DNA of 64,000 bases from Octopus bimaculoides (taxonomy: Eukaryota), in NCBI RefSeq assembly GCF_001194135.2, contig NC_068988.1, positions 95,908,653-95,972,652 of the forward strand. The letters run 5' to 3'. Positions 12,701-26,560 of this stretch are shown here, piece after piece. How positions within the stretch are numbered: position 1 is the stretch's first letter; each line of letters starts with the position of its first letter. The notes beneath the pieces are model-generated. The model saw only the letters and a list, made by a program, of their open reading frames with translations, was not told where the DNA came from and ran no database searches. The translations under genes and the position numbers were made by a program.

Positions 12701-13854
12701 TCTACAGAAAACATTGTTGCACATATTGGCTAACCACCATTTCTTATATTTCTTTCAATTATTAGTCTCTAGAGTACATACTAGACAAATGATTTGATCT
12801 GTGACCGTGTGTTGAAACTAAAAGGTTTGTTGCATAGTTTGTCATTCAGAAACACGCAAACACTGTAAGCTTACATCTAAAAATTTATAATCTGCTGTAA
12901 GAAGTTTTACTATTTTTGCTTTCCTTTTCTTTTCTTTTGCTTCTTTTTTTTCTGAGTAGGTTCATAATTTGATTCTATTTTCTACCTTGTTTCGTCTGCG
13001 TAGAATTCCACCCACATGTTCGTTGCATTCTGTAAAAAACTATGATGGTATTGTTGCAACGTCGTGTCTTTGCCCACCGAAAGGCTTTTGCACCTTTATA
13101 TAAATAATGTAGGCTTCATGTGTAACATCAAATAAATTATCAATGATCGTACTTTGCCGCCATTTCGTCGCCTGTTGTTTCTCCTCGCTAACTCTCTTTA
13201 ATCTAACGCTTTTCCTTTTCTAAATTTAATCATTTCTAGTTTCCATCTTCTTTTTTTGCCTTACCTACGGCTTATTGGTGTTTATATCACTAATAGTGTT
13301 TAACTAGTTCATTAATCATGTTGTTCCAGGCTTTCCCTGATGACAGCGATGAGTCTCAATCCCATTAAAATAGTCTCCGTTTAGGTATCCAATTTATATT
13401 GATCATACAGATCATAAACTAGTGGTTTGTGTAGCCATTTATCGAAAACTGTATATTATTATCATCAACAAACTTAATGAATATTCTCTCTAAGTAGACC
13501 GGCAGCGATCTTCATAAGTTCATATCGGGATATTCTAGAGACCTTTCCATAACTCTGAATTAGTTGAATCTATCTGAACAGGTTTAAAAGATTTCCAACG
13601 CCCTCTCTTCCCATCCTCTAACATAATCTCCAGCGTGTGTATAAGGTCATAAATAATCATTTAACTGCTCTAAAACACACCTGACCGTCTTCTGCTCGGG
13701 TCAGGTTCTATTTTTCGACTGCAATCTCCAAAGGGAACTGAAATGTCAGCCCTTTCCTCTAAACTAAATTTTGCACAAAAACCAATCTTTAATAAAAAAT
13801 AAATTTCTGACCCCTTCTCCTTCCTCAAATGATAAAGAATTTTATGACCTTTAG

Positions 13855-14030
13855 GTAAAAGCACGTGGCTTAGTGGTAAGTGTGTTGGATTTATGATCAT
13901 AAGATTATGATTTCGATTCCTGGACTGAGCAAAACACTTCATTTCACGTTGCTCCAGTCCGCTTAGCTGGTACAAATGAGTAACCCTGAGCCGGACCGGC
14001 GGACCGGCGTCCCGTCCAGGCAGGAATATA
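13855..14030 (+). mobile_element. Family-A-related SINE with a different 3' tail, running into an N-gap
   Basis: A-box tggcttagtgg, B-box-like ttcgattcc and the CORE-like segment atttcacgttgctccagtcc; tail aaccctg..ggaccggcgtcccgtccagg. Confidence 0.75.
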
Positions 14031-14901
14031 NNNNNNNNNNNNNNNNNNNNNNNNNNNNNNNNNNNNNNNNNNNNNNNNNNNNNNNNNNNNNNNNNNNNNN
14101 NNNNNNNNNNNNNNNNNNNNNNNNNNNNNNNNNNNNNNNNNNNNNNNNNNNNNNNNNNNNNNNNNNNNNNNNNNNNNNNNNNNNNNNNNNNNNNNNNNNN
14201 NNNNNNNNNNNNNNNNNNNNNNNNNNNNNNNNNNNNNNNNNNNNNNNNNNNNNNNNNNNNNNNNNNNNNNNNNNNNNNNNNNNNNNNNNNNNNNNNNNNN
14301 NNNNNNNNNNNNNNNNNNNNNNNNNNNNNNNNNNNNNNNNNNNNNNNNNNNNNNNNNNNNNNNNNNNNNNNNNNNNNNNNNNNNNNNNNNNNNNNNNNNN
14401 NNNNNNNNNNNNNNNNNNNNNNNNNNNNNNNNNNNNNNNNNNNNNNNNNNNNNNNNNNNNNNNNNNNNNNNNNNNNNNNNNNNNNNNNNNNNNNNNNNNN
14501 NNNNNNNNNNNNNNNNNNNNNNNNNNNNNNNNNNNNNNNNNNNNNNNNNNNNNNNNNNNNNNNNNNNNNNNNNNNNNNNNNNNNNNNNNNNNNNNNNNNN
14601 NNNNNNNNNNNNNNNNNNNNNNNNNNNNNNNNNNNNNNNNNNNNNNNNNNNNNNNNNNNNNNNNNNNNNNNNNNNNNNNNNNNNNNNNNNNNNNNNNNNN
14701 NNNNNNNNNNNNNNNNNNNNNNNNNNNNNNNNNNNNNNNNNNNNNNNNNNNNNNNNNNNNNNNNNNNNNNNNNNNNNNNNNNNNNNNNNNNNNNNNNNNN
14801 NNNNNNNNNNNNNNNNNNNNNNNNNNNNNNNNNNNNNNNNNNNNNNNNNNNNNNNNNNNNNNNNNNNNNNNNNNNNNNNNNNNNNNNNNNNNNNNNNNNN
14901 N

Positions 14902-14941
<40 letters not shown>

Positions 14942-15450
14942 AGAGAGAGAGAGGCCGATAGTTCAGGATATTGGTGATTATTATATTTTAATAAATTTAT
15001 TGTTACTATTAACATTATCATACTTTTATAGAAACTACGTCCATTAAGGATAATAAAAATTGCTACTTAACGATTAGTAAAAATTAGCACACTGTGATTA
15101 CTGCCGTGATGAAATGGTGGACTGGATAATGGATTGGTCGATTAACCCGGGAGTTTTTAGGCTCAAATCTGCGGTAGGCGTTTTTGTTATATTTTTCGGC
15201 AAGGAATACTTGATTCTACATTGCATCAGTTCATAGCTGAAGCTCTCACGAATGATAACAAATCTGGGAATGCTACCAACTGATGCTCTATCGAGCAGCC
15301 ATCTTTATCTAAAATCCACTTGACATTGTAAAATGAGAGCTAAAGACCAGTTTTCCGGCGGTGGAGGTCACCAGTAGCTCAGGACACATACTATAAAGAC
15401 CGAATAAGAAAACAGAACATTTGTAAAAATCAAGAAGTATCGCTGCTGTG

Positions 15451-15981
15451 GTTGTCTTGTTTTGAGTCCCGGGTCAACTCTGGCCCAGTAGGCTTATGAT
15501 CAAAATCACCCCAGCCGTAACCATGACAACTTTTGTTTAGTTATGGTATATCCAGGAATACATTATGCACTACACCCTCCCTTCTTAAAACGGTGGGAAG
15601 GAGAGCATTTGATGGAGATCTGTAACAAGTTAGACGATCACGTCGAGTTTCATTGATTGGCTCAGAGAGAATAGTTGTAATTTTTAATTTGAGGTCAGCC
15701 CTAATTGAACGGATCGATAATCAAATATATTGCCCTCAAGAACATTTGTGTTTTATCCACCTAGGACTAAATTTTCCAGTGTGTCCTGAAATATCGGCAA
15801 AATCTCTTTCAAATCATGTCCTACTGCCTGAAAAATAGAAATGGTACTTTATATAAGGTAACTTTAGATGGGTTTTTTTTTCTAAAAATAAGACTAGATG
15901 CTCATGGTTGGAATGTCTTTGGCCCCAGGCCTACTTGATTTGGGGATTAGAGCTAACTTGAAGCTAGCTAAACAACAACAA
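15451..15981. mobile_element. Old MITE-like element with degenerate terminal inverted repeats
   Basis: Left arm (gttgtcttgtttt..ccagtaggcttatgatcaaa..ccagccgtaaccatg) resembles the reverse complement of the right arm (..catggttggaatgtctttggccccaggcctacttg..ctaaacaacaacaa) at low identity. Confidence 0.4.
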
Positions 15982-16732
15982 TCCATGAATAAATAAAACA
16001 ATCAGAATATTTGGCCAAACACAAACCGAGGAACTCTTGTCGGTTGTAGAGAGCTGGCAGTTATCCTGCACTAGGAAACCTTATATCGGTTTCGTGACAA
16101 AACGGTAATTCTGGTGATTCTAAAAGGTCGTTTTAAGTTTCCTTTTCAAGGTAAAATAGAAAATGTAAACAAATAACCAGGAACCGGTGCCGAATAACAA
16201 ACAACGTATTTAGTTCTGATATCTTCTCACGACGTTCCTCGCTTCTAAACCACTAATTTAGGTTTAATCATTAACTACTCTATTAGTTTGTTGTTTTTAA
16301 AATTAGTTTTGTTAATTTGTTTAGTATATGACAAATTAGAAAACTAAATATTTTTCAATGATAAACTTTTGTGTTGTTATTTTTTAAAACTGGTCGGCGA
16401 TTATATTTATCAATGCCGAATCATACTCTATTGATAAATAAATAACTGACCAACAAAATTAGTCGTCTTTTATCTGACAAGCTTAGAACATCCTTAAAAC
16501 TACACTTCATATCGGACAGATTCTTACACCTGGCTATGAAATACGAACTTTAATTATCTGAATAGTTCTTAAATAACAAAAAGTAAACTAGAACAGAAAA
16601 ACAACGAAGTAAATGATAGAATGATTTATGGAGTTTAATTATAATTAAGATGTTTACTTTCTTCATTCCTCTTTCAATTAATCTCAGGAACCAAAAAATG
16701 GCGTAAAATATTGCTTGTTTTTATTTATAGGT

Positions 16733-16925
16733 TTATTACCTTCACCTTAGCGAAGGCGGAAGTATTGTTTTCAGTCGTGTTTGTTTGTTTGTCTGTGGAC
16801 AGGATATCTCAAGAACCGCTGGATGGATTCGGATGAAACTTTCAGGGATGTTTGACCTCGTGACTAGCACGAACTGATTAGATTTTGGGATCGATTCGGT
16901 GCCGGGCAGGGATTCTGGATTATTT
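16733..16925 (+). mobile_element. Helentron-type non-autonomous element (HINE/DINE-1-like), 3'-truncated
   Basis: Starts ttattacc..., has (GTTT)n and a 48-bp block identical to the copy at 35980 (gatatctcaagaaccgctggatggattcggatgaaactttcagggatg). Confidence 0.7.
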
Positions 16926-18574
16926 GTTATATTTACTTTACATGAAGTATTACGATCTCTGATTATCTCCCTTGAACGCACGCTCATGGTATCGATTCTC
17001 AGTGATATGGAAACCTACAACCATTTGACAAAAAGAAAACATATGCACCTAGCGTAGATGAATTCAAACTTCAGACAGCCTGACATTTTGTTGTACCTGA
17101 GCTTTGTAGTACACCTGAGCACTGTATACAATAAGTTCATTATTAGATATATCATCCATTCGGGAACGAAATATCACCCTGTTTCTTACTAATTACAGAT
17201 AACTTGAACTGAAAGGTGTGGGGAATGAGTTATCATGTTTAAGTCTTCCTCGTGGCCTTCATCAATGTTAAAACAAAATGAATTCAAGCGCGAAGTGAAA
17301 CCGTTTGGTGATTTCGATTTACCTTGAACTTACATGTTGCTCTACACTGGTTCTTACATTCTGGGAAAGTAATACTGATGAAAGAAGGTTTTGTTGCGGG
17401 GGGGGGGGAGCTTTTTTCATGATGTATATCGGTCAAATAGAATCTGTACGGTTTTAATGCCCCTGCTTTAATAATAAAATGTTAGGAATCCAGTTTAATC
17501 AGATAGAGAAGATGAGAAAGATATTGGGTGAGAAGGACAAATGGAAGGTAAAAATGACAAATGTAGCCAGAGAAAACAGAGGGGGTAAAAGAGGCTACAC
17601 TTCTACAGAGAGATTAGAGACAGATGCAGCTTAGAAAAACAAAAGACAGAGAAATATTGTGTGATCGAGAGAAAGAAATAAAATGCTAGAAAACTATAAA
17701 ATTGTTCTCGTGTTAAAAACTTCCTTGCTTAGAATATTGTCTTTACCAAATGCCAAAGTTGAAATTTTAGTTTGATGTTACTTGTGATGGAAAGAGGTTC
17801 TTCATGATCCAATAATGGCAGTTGAGGATAATTTCATTCAATTCAACATAGCAGCAGATCAATTCTGTCAAGTAGAGGATGGTGCTCCTAAAAAAATATA
17901 TTTTACTTATATATTCGTGTTTCTAATTCTGTGTGTGTGAATATTCCTCCTCCTCAAGATGTCTAAGCTTTTCTATATGTATATATGTATGTGTATAAAG
18001 GTGTGTGTGTGTGTGTGTGTGTTGATAATAGTTAAGGAACTTACTTTTATCGTTGATATCTTTAAATCCATTATATCAGATTATCAGAATTACAATTTGA
18101 AAGTCAGAAGGTTTTCCAAGTAAAACATGAACAATGATGGAAAACAAGTGGACTGGTTCAAAATTGTTTACATATGACGTTACTTGGCCTTTTCGTTTGG
18201 TGTGACTACACACACACATATGCACATATCACCAAAGTTCAGTGAGACTACAAAGAATTTGGTATTAGAGGGGGATACAGATTCGATGAAAGAAGTCACA
18301 CAACTACCACGTTGTATCTTCCCAAAGTTTTCTCTTACTAACTGTATTTCTTAAAATTTTACTCACAATAACACACACACACACACACATACATACACAC
18401 ACACATGAACACATACACGCATACACACATTTACACACATATACACAATACATTTTCTTTCTCTTAAGTTCCTTCATGACAAAGAAACACAAGGATTCGC
18501 TTGATACTTCTGTAACTCATCATTGATGAATGAAGTTGGCATTGGAATGTCTTGTAGGAATTAAATATTATGTT

Positions 18575-19330
18575 ACTGCTTTGAAGTTCATACATCCGGT
18601 GACAATATTTAAGAGTAATTACCTGTGACGCTTCAATGAACTTTGAGACATTCTTGTAATGTTTCTGAATATCAAACAGCTTGGAGAAGAAATTCCAACT
18701 GCCGAATGTGATAAATTTTACTTTTCAGGTATATTTGAGAAGCTACATTTGCAAAACAAACAGTTACAAATCAGTTAATTTGCAAAGAAGCTATTTGCGC
18801 TTTCCCTAGAAAGCATTATTCAGGATAAATATTGGGCGTAAGGAATTGATGCGTTCCCCAACCTTTGCTGCTATTGAGAAGGAACTGCAAGTGGGTGGTA
18901 TTTTAGAGTACATTTTGAGCACTTGAAGAAATTGCACAATAATATGGAAATTACGTTCAAAGATTTCCTGGAAATGTACATTCTAAGTTGGGTGGTAGAC
19001 TCATTTAGGACAATTGCTGTTCCGGTTGATATCAGACTACAAGAAAGCTTTATTGAGTTACAGAGTAAACAAATTACTCAAGCTAAATTTAATTATAGGC
19101 TCAATATCTTATGGACAAGGAATGAAATTACTATGAAATTCCCATTGCATTGATAGAAAGTAAAATTATATTTCATTGTCTTTCCTAGTTCTCAGCTAAT
19201 TAAGCCGAGTGTCTTTTCTACAATTAAAAGTCCGTAATTGCTTTAAAATTATAGATTTTAATTTCGTTTATCTCTAACAACCACGGAACCCGGTACTGAA
19301 AAGGTTGCGAAACCTCATCAACCATAAGGA
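18575..19330 (+). mobile_element. hAT (Buster/Charlie, SCAND3/ZBED5-like) transposase relic, C-terminal half with a TIR-like end
   Basis: Decayed translation: ..RFNEL.DILVMFLNIKQL..GIFEKLHL.NKQLQ..NIGRKELMRFP..SFIELQ..LWTRNEITMKFPLH..KVKLYFIVFPSS, matching the hAT dimerisation region. It ends cacggaaccc..aaaaggttgcgaaacc. Confidence 0.7.
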
Positions 19331-19861
19331 CCTAACTGAATAAATACACTAAAAAGGTTATATAATATTTTTTTAAAGATGTGCAGGATTTTCGAGCTCA
19401 AAGAATAATCCTGTTTTAAAAGTTATTAATTTTCTGGGCATCAACACAAGATTTCTTTTATTCATGTTAAATCAGAAAAATAGTGAATTGTTACAAATGG
19501 TTGTTTTATTGAACCGTCAAAATAGTTTTGTTTTTGTGAAACAGAGAAGTGGAGAATAAATGTTCAGCATGGTAGTTGTGTGACCTCTTTCATCGAATCT
19601 GTGTCTCCCTCTAATACCAAATTCTCTGTGGTCTCACTGAACTTTGTGATACTTCATGTTCGGAAACAGTCCTAGATTATCTCAATAAATATTTAAAATT
19701 TCGTTATTATTTGATAAATTTTACAATCATATTTTTATTAAAGGCTTTTAATTTTTTTCAAAAGTGATCTATCTCTCTACTATTAAGCATTTATTTCAAA
19801 ACTGAAGTAGTTTTTATTAATGTCCCGAGGAGGCCACAAAAAGAATTAGTTTCCAAGGGCG

Positions 19862-19896
19862 AGGGTCATGAGTAAAAAAAGGCTGAAAAATCACTG
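19862..19896 (+). mobile_element. hAT-type 3' terminal inverted repeat
   Basis: agggtcatgagtaaaaaaaggctgaaaaatcactg resembles the aaaaaaggttgagaaccactg end of Charlie-like hAT/MITE elements. Confidence 0.5.
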
Positions 19897-20779
19897 ACAC
19901 AGGATATGTTGTACGTTCAACGCTCAAAGATATAATGCCTCTCCCCCCTTAGAATGATACCAGTTTATGACGCTGTAAAGTTATTGAGAGTTTAGTATTA
20001 TTACCAAGGTCACTGTAGAGATCAGTGACGACCTCAAAACAATCCCCGTTTCGGTCAGGAGTCAGTCATCTTCCCATCCTGTCCACCTTTTAAACTGAAT
20101 TTTTTCATATCAGGACAGGTAGAATATGTACCAGGCTTGAAACAAAATAAGTATTGAGGTCGATTCAAGGCGGTGCCCCAGCATGGCTGCAATCTAATGA
20201 CTGATAAAAGTAACAGATTTTTAAAATCACCGAAACTTATAAAATACAGTTCCTAGGGAGAAGACACCGTTTAAAAAAAATTATTATCAAAAATTTATTA
20301 AAATATAATCGCTTAAATAGAAATAAATAATAAAAATGCCAAGAGAGAAGAAGCGAATCAAATTAAAACACCGAAAATAGTTTGTGAATGTCGTGTTGTT
20401 TTGAAAGTCTATTGTCACGGAATGCGCATGTAAAAACTGGCAGAACCATCATTCAGCTTTTACGGTCGCGAACTTTCGTAAAGCAAAGCGAGATACAGAT
20501 GATGGTGGGAAGTAATTAGGAATAATCTAGTGGACAGGATACTAATTGGTGGTGGTAGCAAGAGGAGGAGGATAACCAAGAGGATGAATAAGGGTGTGAA
20601 AATGGATGGGAAAAATACGAACGCATAATGCGCACGCACACACACACACACACACATATACATATATACATTCACACAAGTATCATAAGATCTTCAATAG
20701 AAACACAGTTAAAGTTACCTATATTTGCCTCCCCAATATAGGTTCGATAGTACTCAACCACAATAAAAATTAATCCACT

Positions 20780-21320
20780 AGGAATACCTCTGAAAGACAC
20801 TGTAACAATAAATCTCCGAACTGCTGTCCTCTAAATAAAAGCTGTCTGGAAAAAGATCAAGGCCAAAATCATGGATCCCAACAGAGTAGCAAAGACATAT
20901 CGGAATGACGGGCAACTCATTCAAGGAAAAATACATACATCTGGCATCATTCAGGGACAAAAATAAAAGACATGCGACATCCCTATCCAATATGATATGG
21001 ACATTGAAAGAAGGAAGAGTAAGCACCACCCAGATAACATGGAGCGTTATTACTAAAGCCAGAAAATACAGGAGACGGGGAACCAAGTGTGAGCTTTGTA
21101 TTGCTGAAAAGCTGAACATCGTCCAGTCAAAAGATAACAGCCTAAATACACATTGCATACAAAAGTAATATTTTACACTCTGACACATCAAAGAGGAACC
21201 ACTACCTGCGCCACTAACTGCACCAGAATAGCTTCTTTCCTTGAACGTGAAAATTGAATATATATAACACACGAACTCCATACATAGAAGATATAAGCCT
21301 CACTGATGAACTTCATCAGC
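20780..21320 (+). mobile_element. Penelope-like element relic: GIY-YIG endonuclease and 3' region
   Basis: HCN..CCPLNKSCLEK..KTY(I)GMTGNSFKEKY..HLASFRDKNKRHATSLSNMIW.LK..ITWSVITKA..CELCIAEKLNI; one frameshift inside YIG. Confidence 0.85.
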
Positions 21321-24045
21321 ACACAAACATACGAACATTGCACATACCCAGAATAGAATTTAATATAAAGTAAACAAATTTATCATCCAGCACAGATATT
21401 TCCCAAAAGTCAAAACCAAGGGAGATAATCACTCAAAAGGTATCATCAAAGAGTAGTGCACCTTGATTTCTTGTTTTCTTTACAAGACTTCATCGGGAAT
21501 TCCTGAGAACTTTCATGTTTTCATCGAAAATGGAGACGAACACCATTCCTCCATGTGATCGGCTTGAAAAATTGTTAAGATATTAAGATATTTTCTTAAC
21601 ATGAAACTAATAGCAGCCTTAATACACAAATAAAGGAATTTTATCCACCAATTCGATGTTGAGCACTCTTTCTCATATATATGTGTGTGTGTGTGTGTGT
21701 GTGTACCTGTGTATATATATTTGTGTACATGTGCGCATCCAAGTGTGTGTATGTGTGTGTTTGTATTAATTGTTATTCTTCCAAACGACTCCAACACATA
21801 TGTATCAATCTCAAAAGAAAACTATTTTAATGTAAAATATTCTTGTTATAAAATTTCATTCTTGGAAAGGAAACACAATGTCACGAAAGAAGGACAATAA
21901 AAACGCTCTTTATATTCAGGAGAAAGTTTATACATATCTTGGAGGAGAGTCGTATGAATTAGTGCCAAAATCATACAAAGAAAATAATCGATATTGCAGA
22001 ACGGGAACCATATTTGTGCACAACTAACATTAGTAGCAAATGAATTTAGTTATATCTAATAGAACAGGTTGTTAGTTTGTTCAGTATTTATAAAAACAGT
22101 TAATTCTTACTGGCAAACCACTGGACAAATCGTATTTATGAATCTATACAAGAAAATATATTTCATCTCCTCACTCGCTTCGTTTTCCTACATTAATAAT
22201 GTATTTCTATTGCTCAGGGCAAGATGACGAACCAGCAACTTGTCTCATTTCTTCAAATGTTATCTGCGTTGCTTTCTTCTTTTTTTTTTCATTCCTGTTG
22301 ATTCTTTTAGCAGAATCCTTGTTTCATGCTTTTTACAGAAGCACTCTAGAGATAATTCACCATGAAAACTATATATTATGATTACAGTTAATATGGCAGA
22401 ACGCAATAAACCTGATAGAATAGAAATATTCCCGTTTACTGCATATAACAACAATCCCATCTTTTTGCCTTCCGTAGTTTTACTTCTCAACATAGTCTTT
22501 CCTGAAATTTGGTGATTATATAGAATTATACATATTAANNNNNNNNNNNNNNNNNNNNNNNNNNNNNNNNNNNNNNNNNNNNNNNNNNNNNNNNNNNNNN
22601 NNNNNNNNNNNNNNNNNNNNNNNNNNNNNNNNNNNNNNNNNNNNNNNNNNNNNNNNNNNNNNNNNNNNNNTATATATATATATATATATATTTATGATTT
22701 TATATCATATATACATCATCATATATTATACATATAACTATGTGTGTGTAATTAAATATTATATTTATTTATATGTAATATATATATAATATATATATTA
22801 TATATATGACATATTATGTATAATGATATATTTTACATAAAATTATCTATTATACAGAACTGATTTTTTGTCCGGGTGTTTTATACCGTTTGCAATAGTT
22901 TTATCCAACAAGGGCGTTTCTAGGTAACCGCAGGACCTGTCAGACATAGCAGCCAAGTTTTGCTCAAACCACATCAGAATGACCCGTCCTTGTTTTCTTT
23001 GTATCGTCTGTCTGGATGTTTTGTTGTCCCTTTTTTGTATTTTATATTTAAACACTGTCAAAACAAAGAGTATTAATAAAGTATTGATAATCCAGACGGA
23101 ATATCTCATAAGCTCTCTGTAGATAAAGATGCACCAGGCTAACAAAAAGGTCCTGTGATCGATGTTGGACTCCGGGTGACCCAAACACAAAACTGGTCAA
23201 ATTTATGTATCCGCGTTCACTTACCAACTTAATTGATATGATACTGCAGAGTGATAAAGAAAATATATATAAATAATTGATTTTATACATCTGCTGAGGC
23301 TTGCAAATGTTTTGGTTACGCATTTGTGGGATTTAGTTTCATTGTTCAATCTTAATCGATCTATTCATGTTCGATCGACTTAAAAAGTAGCGAATAATAA
23401 GCTATCGCCATCCTCTTCAGAGCCACAGTTGCCTGACTGCATTGATCCCCCTATCCCACCTTATCTCCTTTACCTCAATGCTTATCTCTTCCGGTCTTTT
23501 TATCTGCTCAGTTAACATTCCTGACTGACTTATCGTCTGCTTAACATTATCTTTACCTCCAGTGACGTTTCTTTTCACCAGACTGGTTTTACCTTTATAT
23601 TTTCCACTTCTCTTTTCTTCTCTCGGGTTCTTCGATTCTATCTTTCTTCTTTTCTTCTTAGATGTTGTCCTTCCTCCTCTTTGACACACCTCTGATCTCG
23701 TTCTGCTTCTTTAATCGTTTATTTTTACTTGCGTTACTACGTAAACAGTATTTGCCAGTCTTCTCTTGATGGCAACCGAACTTATTGCAATTTCTTCCTG
23801 TGACTTATTACCAGTTAAAATTCCTGACTTTTCGCACGTTTCATCTACAATTTATGATTATTATGATTATTACATAACTCTGGGCTTCTTGAAACAGATG
23901 TCGAGTTATGAAATTACATATTTTCTTATTTTGTAGTTTTATCCTGCATCTTTTATGCTCCATGTAAATATATTTATATCAATCCTGTGCTTTTCTCCAT
24001 TACAATTTCTCTCACTCTCACTCTCTCTCTCTCTCNNNNNNNNNN

Positions 24046-24084
<39 letters not shown>

Positions 24085-25675
24085 AATATATATATTATAC
24101 ATACATACAGACAGGCAGACAGACATGCATACATGCATACATACGTACATACATACATACATACATACATACAGAGGAGAGAAATTATCATCAAGTATGT
24201 AATTAATATGACTGCCTTAAACTTAAAATTAAAATTCTGGAGGCAGTAAATTAAGATCTTCAGCTACGAATTTGTTTCTGTGGTTATGTGGCTATGTAAT
24301 AATAGAAACCGTTTTTCCAATGAATTGCCTGCTCAACCGTTAATTAACAAATATAACATGTTGTGAAAATTTATTTATTTGAAAACAAAATAGAAATTTA
24401 TCTCTGTACAATACGGTTAAGAATTCTTCGATGAGAGGATTCCATGCTTCAATTAAAATTACATAATCTGTTGTTAAATCTTTATTAATGCTATGGTGAT
24501 TTCGTTAATTATAGAATATTTTAAATATAATGTTAAGTGGTTACAGTATTCTCTTTACTTAATTTAATCTTCATTAAGTATATATTACAAGTGATTTATT
24601 TAGCATATTGTGTTTTCATGGAGAGTCTTAAATATTCTTGGCTTTGTTGATGTTGTTTGCAATTTCTTAAAGATTTCCGCAAAACAACGATATACCGTTA
24701 GCTTTTCTCCAACATTTGAATAAAATCAGTGTTTTGCCTTATGCATGTGTGTGTGTGTGCATATGTGCGTGTGTATGTGCATGAGTGTATGTGGGTGTGT
24801 GCGTATATATATATATATATATATATATNNNNNNNNNNNNNNNNNNNNNNNNNNNNNNNNNNNNNNNNNNNNNNNNNNNNNNNNNNNNNNNNNNNNNNNN
24901 NNNNNNNNNNNNNNNNNNNNNNNNNNNNNNNNNNNNNNNNNNNNNNNNNNNNNNNNNNNNNNNNNNNNNNNNNNNNNNNNNNNNNNNNNNNNNNNNNNNN
25001 NNNNNNNNNNNNNNNNNNNNNNNNNNNNNNNNNNNNNNNNNNNNNNNNNNNNNNNNNNNNNNNNNNNNNNNNNNNNNNNNNNNNNNNNNNNNNNNNNNNN
25101 NNNNNNNNNNNNNNNNNNNNNNNNNNNNNNNNNNNNNNNNNNNNNNNNNNNNNNNNNNNNNNNNNNNNNNNNNNNNNNNNNNNNNNNNNNNNNNNNNNNN
25201 NNNNNNNNNNNNNNNNNNNNNNNNNNNNNNNNNNNNNNNNNNNNNNNNNNNNNNNNNNNNNNNNNNNNNNNNNNNNNNNNNNNNNNNNNNNNNNNNNNNN
25301 NNNNNNNNNNNNNNNNNNNNNNNNNNNNNNNNNNNNNNNNNNNNNNNNNNNNNNNNNNNNNNNNNNNNNNNNNNNNNNNNNNNNNNNNNNNNNNNNNNNN
25401 NNNNNNNNNNNNNNNNNNNNNNNNNNNNNNNNNNNNNNNNNNNNNNNNNNNNNNNNNNNNNNNNNNNNNNNNNNNNNNNNNNNNNNNNNNNNNNNNNNNN
25501 NNNNNNNNNNNNNNNNNNNNNNNNNNNNNNNNNNNNNNNNNNNNNNNNNNNNNNNNNNNNNNNNNNNNNNNNNNNNNNNNNNNNNNNNNNNNNNNNNNNN
25601 NNNNNNNNNNNNNNNNNNNNNNNNNNNNNNNNNNNNNNNNNNNNNNNNNNNNNNNNNNNNNNNNNNNNNNNNNNN

Positions 25676-25768
25676 AGACAGGCAGGCAGGCAGACAGGCA
25701 GACAGGCAGGCAGGCAGGCAGACAGGCAGGCAGGCAGGCAGGCAGGCAAGCAGGCAGACAGGCAGACA
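25676..25768. repeat. (GGCA/GACA)n tetranucleotide repeat
   Basis: Directly visible after the N-gap. Confidence 0.9.
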
Positions 25769-26074
25769 AACATACAATGACTTTGTGAAAGTCATTGCCT
25801 AGATCGATCTGCATGGCGTAAAATATGTCATGATGCATCCAAACAATTTGAGTTGAAGAAACAGAACAATAAAATAATTATACCCTGCAATCAACATTAT
25901 ATTTCCATTGTGACTTTATGGCAAAATCCATCCCTGGACAGAAATTATTAATACATTCGCGTTTCCATTGCAAATAGATGAAACTTCTATTTTAAAACTT
26001 TTTTAACAAAATCCTCGCCCTCGAACAACACTCATACGTCGAAACCGACGAGGGTGGCTATTATTAATGTTATT

Positions 26075-26265
26075 AAGGCATAGATTGGCAGAATAATTAT
26101 GGCGTCGGAGAAAATCCTTTTCAGCATTTTTTCCAGCCTTTTACGTTCTGCTTTCAAATCGTGCCGAGGCCAACTTCGCCTTTCGGCCGATAAAACTAAT
26201 GCACCTATCAAGTACTCGGGTCGATGTAATCGATTAGGCTTTTCCCCTCCCCCTCCCCCACCAAA
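26075..26265 (+). mobile_element. Degenerate family-B SINE
   Basis: ttggcagaat..ttttacgttctgctttcaaatcgtgccgaggccaacttcgccttt..gggtcgatgtaatcgatt. Confidence 0.55.
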
Positions 26266-26364
26266 CAAACGACATCTTTGTGTCTCAACAAGCATTTATG
26301 TATGTTTCTATATAATTGTATAATTGATGAAGAGTATAGTCTTGTACAATACCTATTTCACAGA

Positions 26365-26560
26365 AAGGCAGCGAGCTGGCGAAATGCTTAGCGGTGTTTC
26401 ATCTGTCTTTACGTTCTGAGTTCAAATTCCGCCGAGGTCGACTTTGCCTTTCATCCTTTCGTGATCGATAAATTAAGTACCAGTTGCATACTGGGTCGGT
26501 CTAATCGACTGGTCCCCCTCCCCCAAAATTTGCAGGCCTAGTGCCTAGAGTAGAACAGAA
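26365..26560 (+). mobile_element. Family-B tRNA-derived SINE, near full length
   Basis: ggcagcgagctggc..gcttagcggtgtttc..tttacgttctgagttcaaattccgccgaggtcgactttgcctttcatcctttc..tail ggcctagtgcctagagtagaa. Confidence 0.9.

Noticed and set aside
13335-13375. ccctgatgacagcgatgagtctcaatcccatt, a hammerhead-like start
   Set aside because: GAAAC is absent and stem II is poor; at most a dead PLE remnant.
16404-16440. 11-bp AT-rich inverted repeat tatttatcaat/attgataaata
   Set aside because: Short and AT-rich; expected by chance in this base composition.
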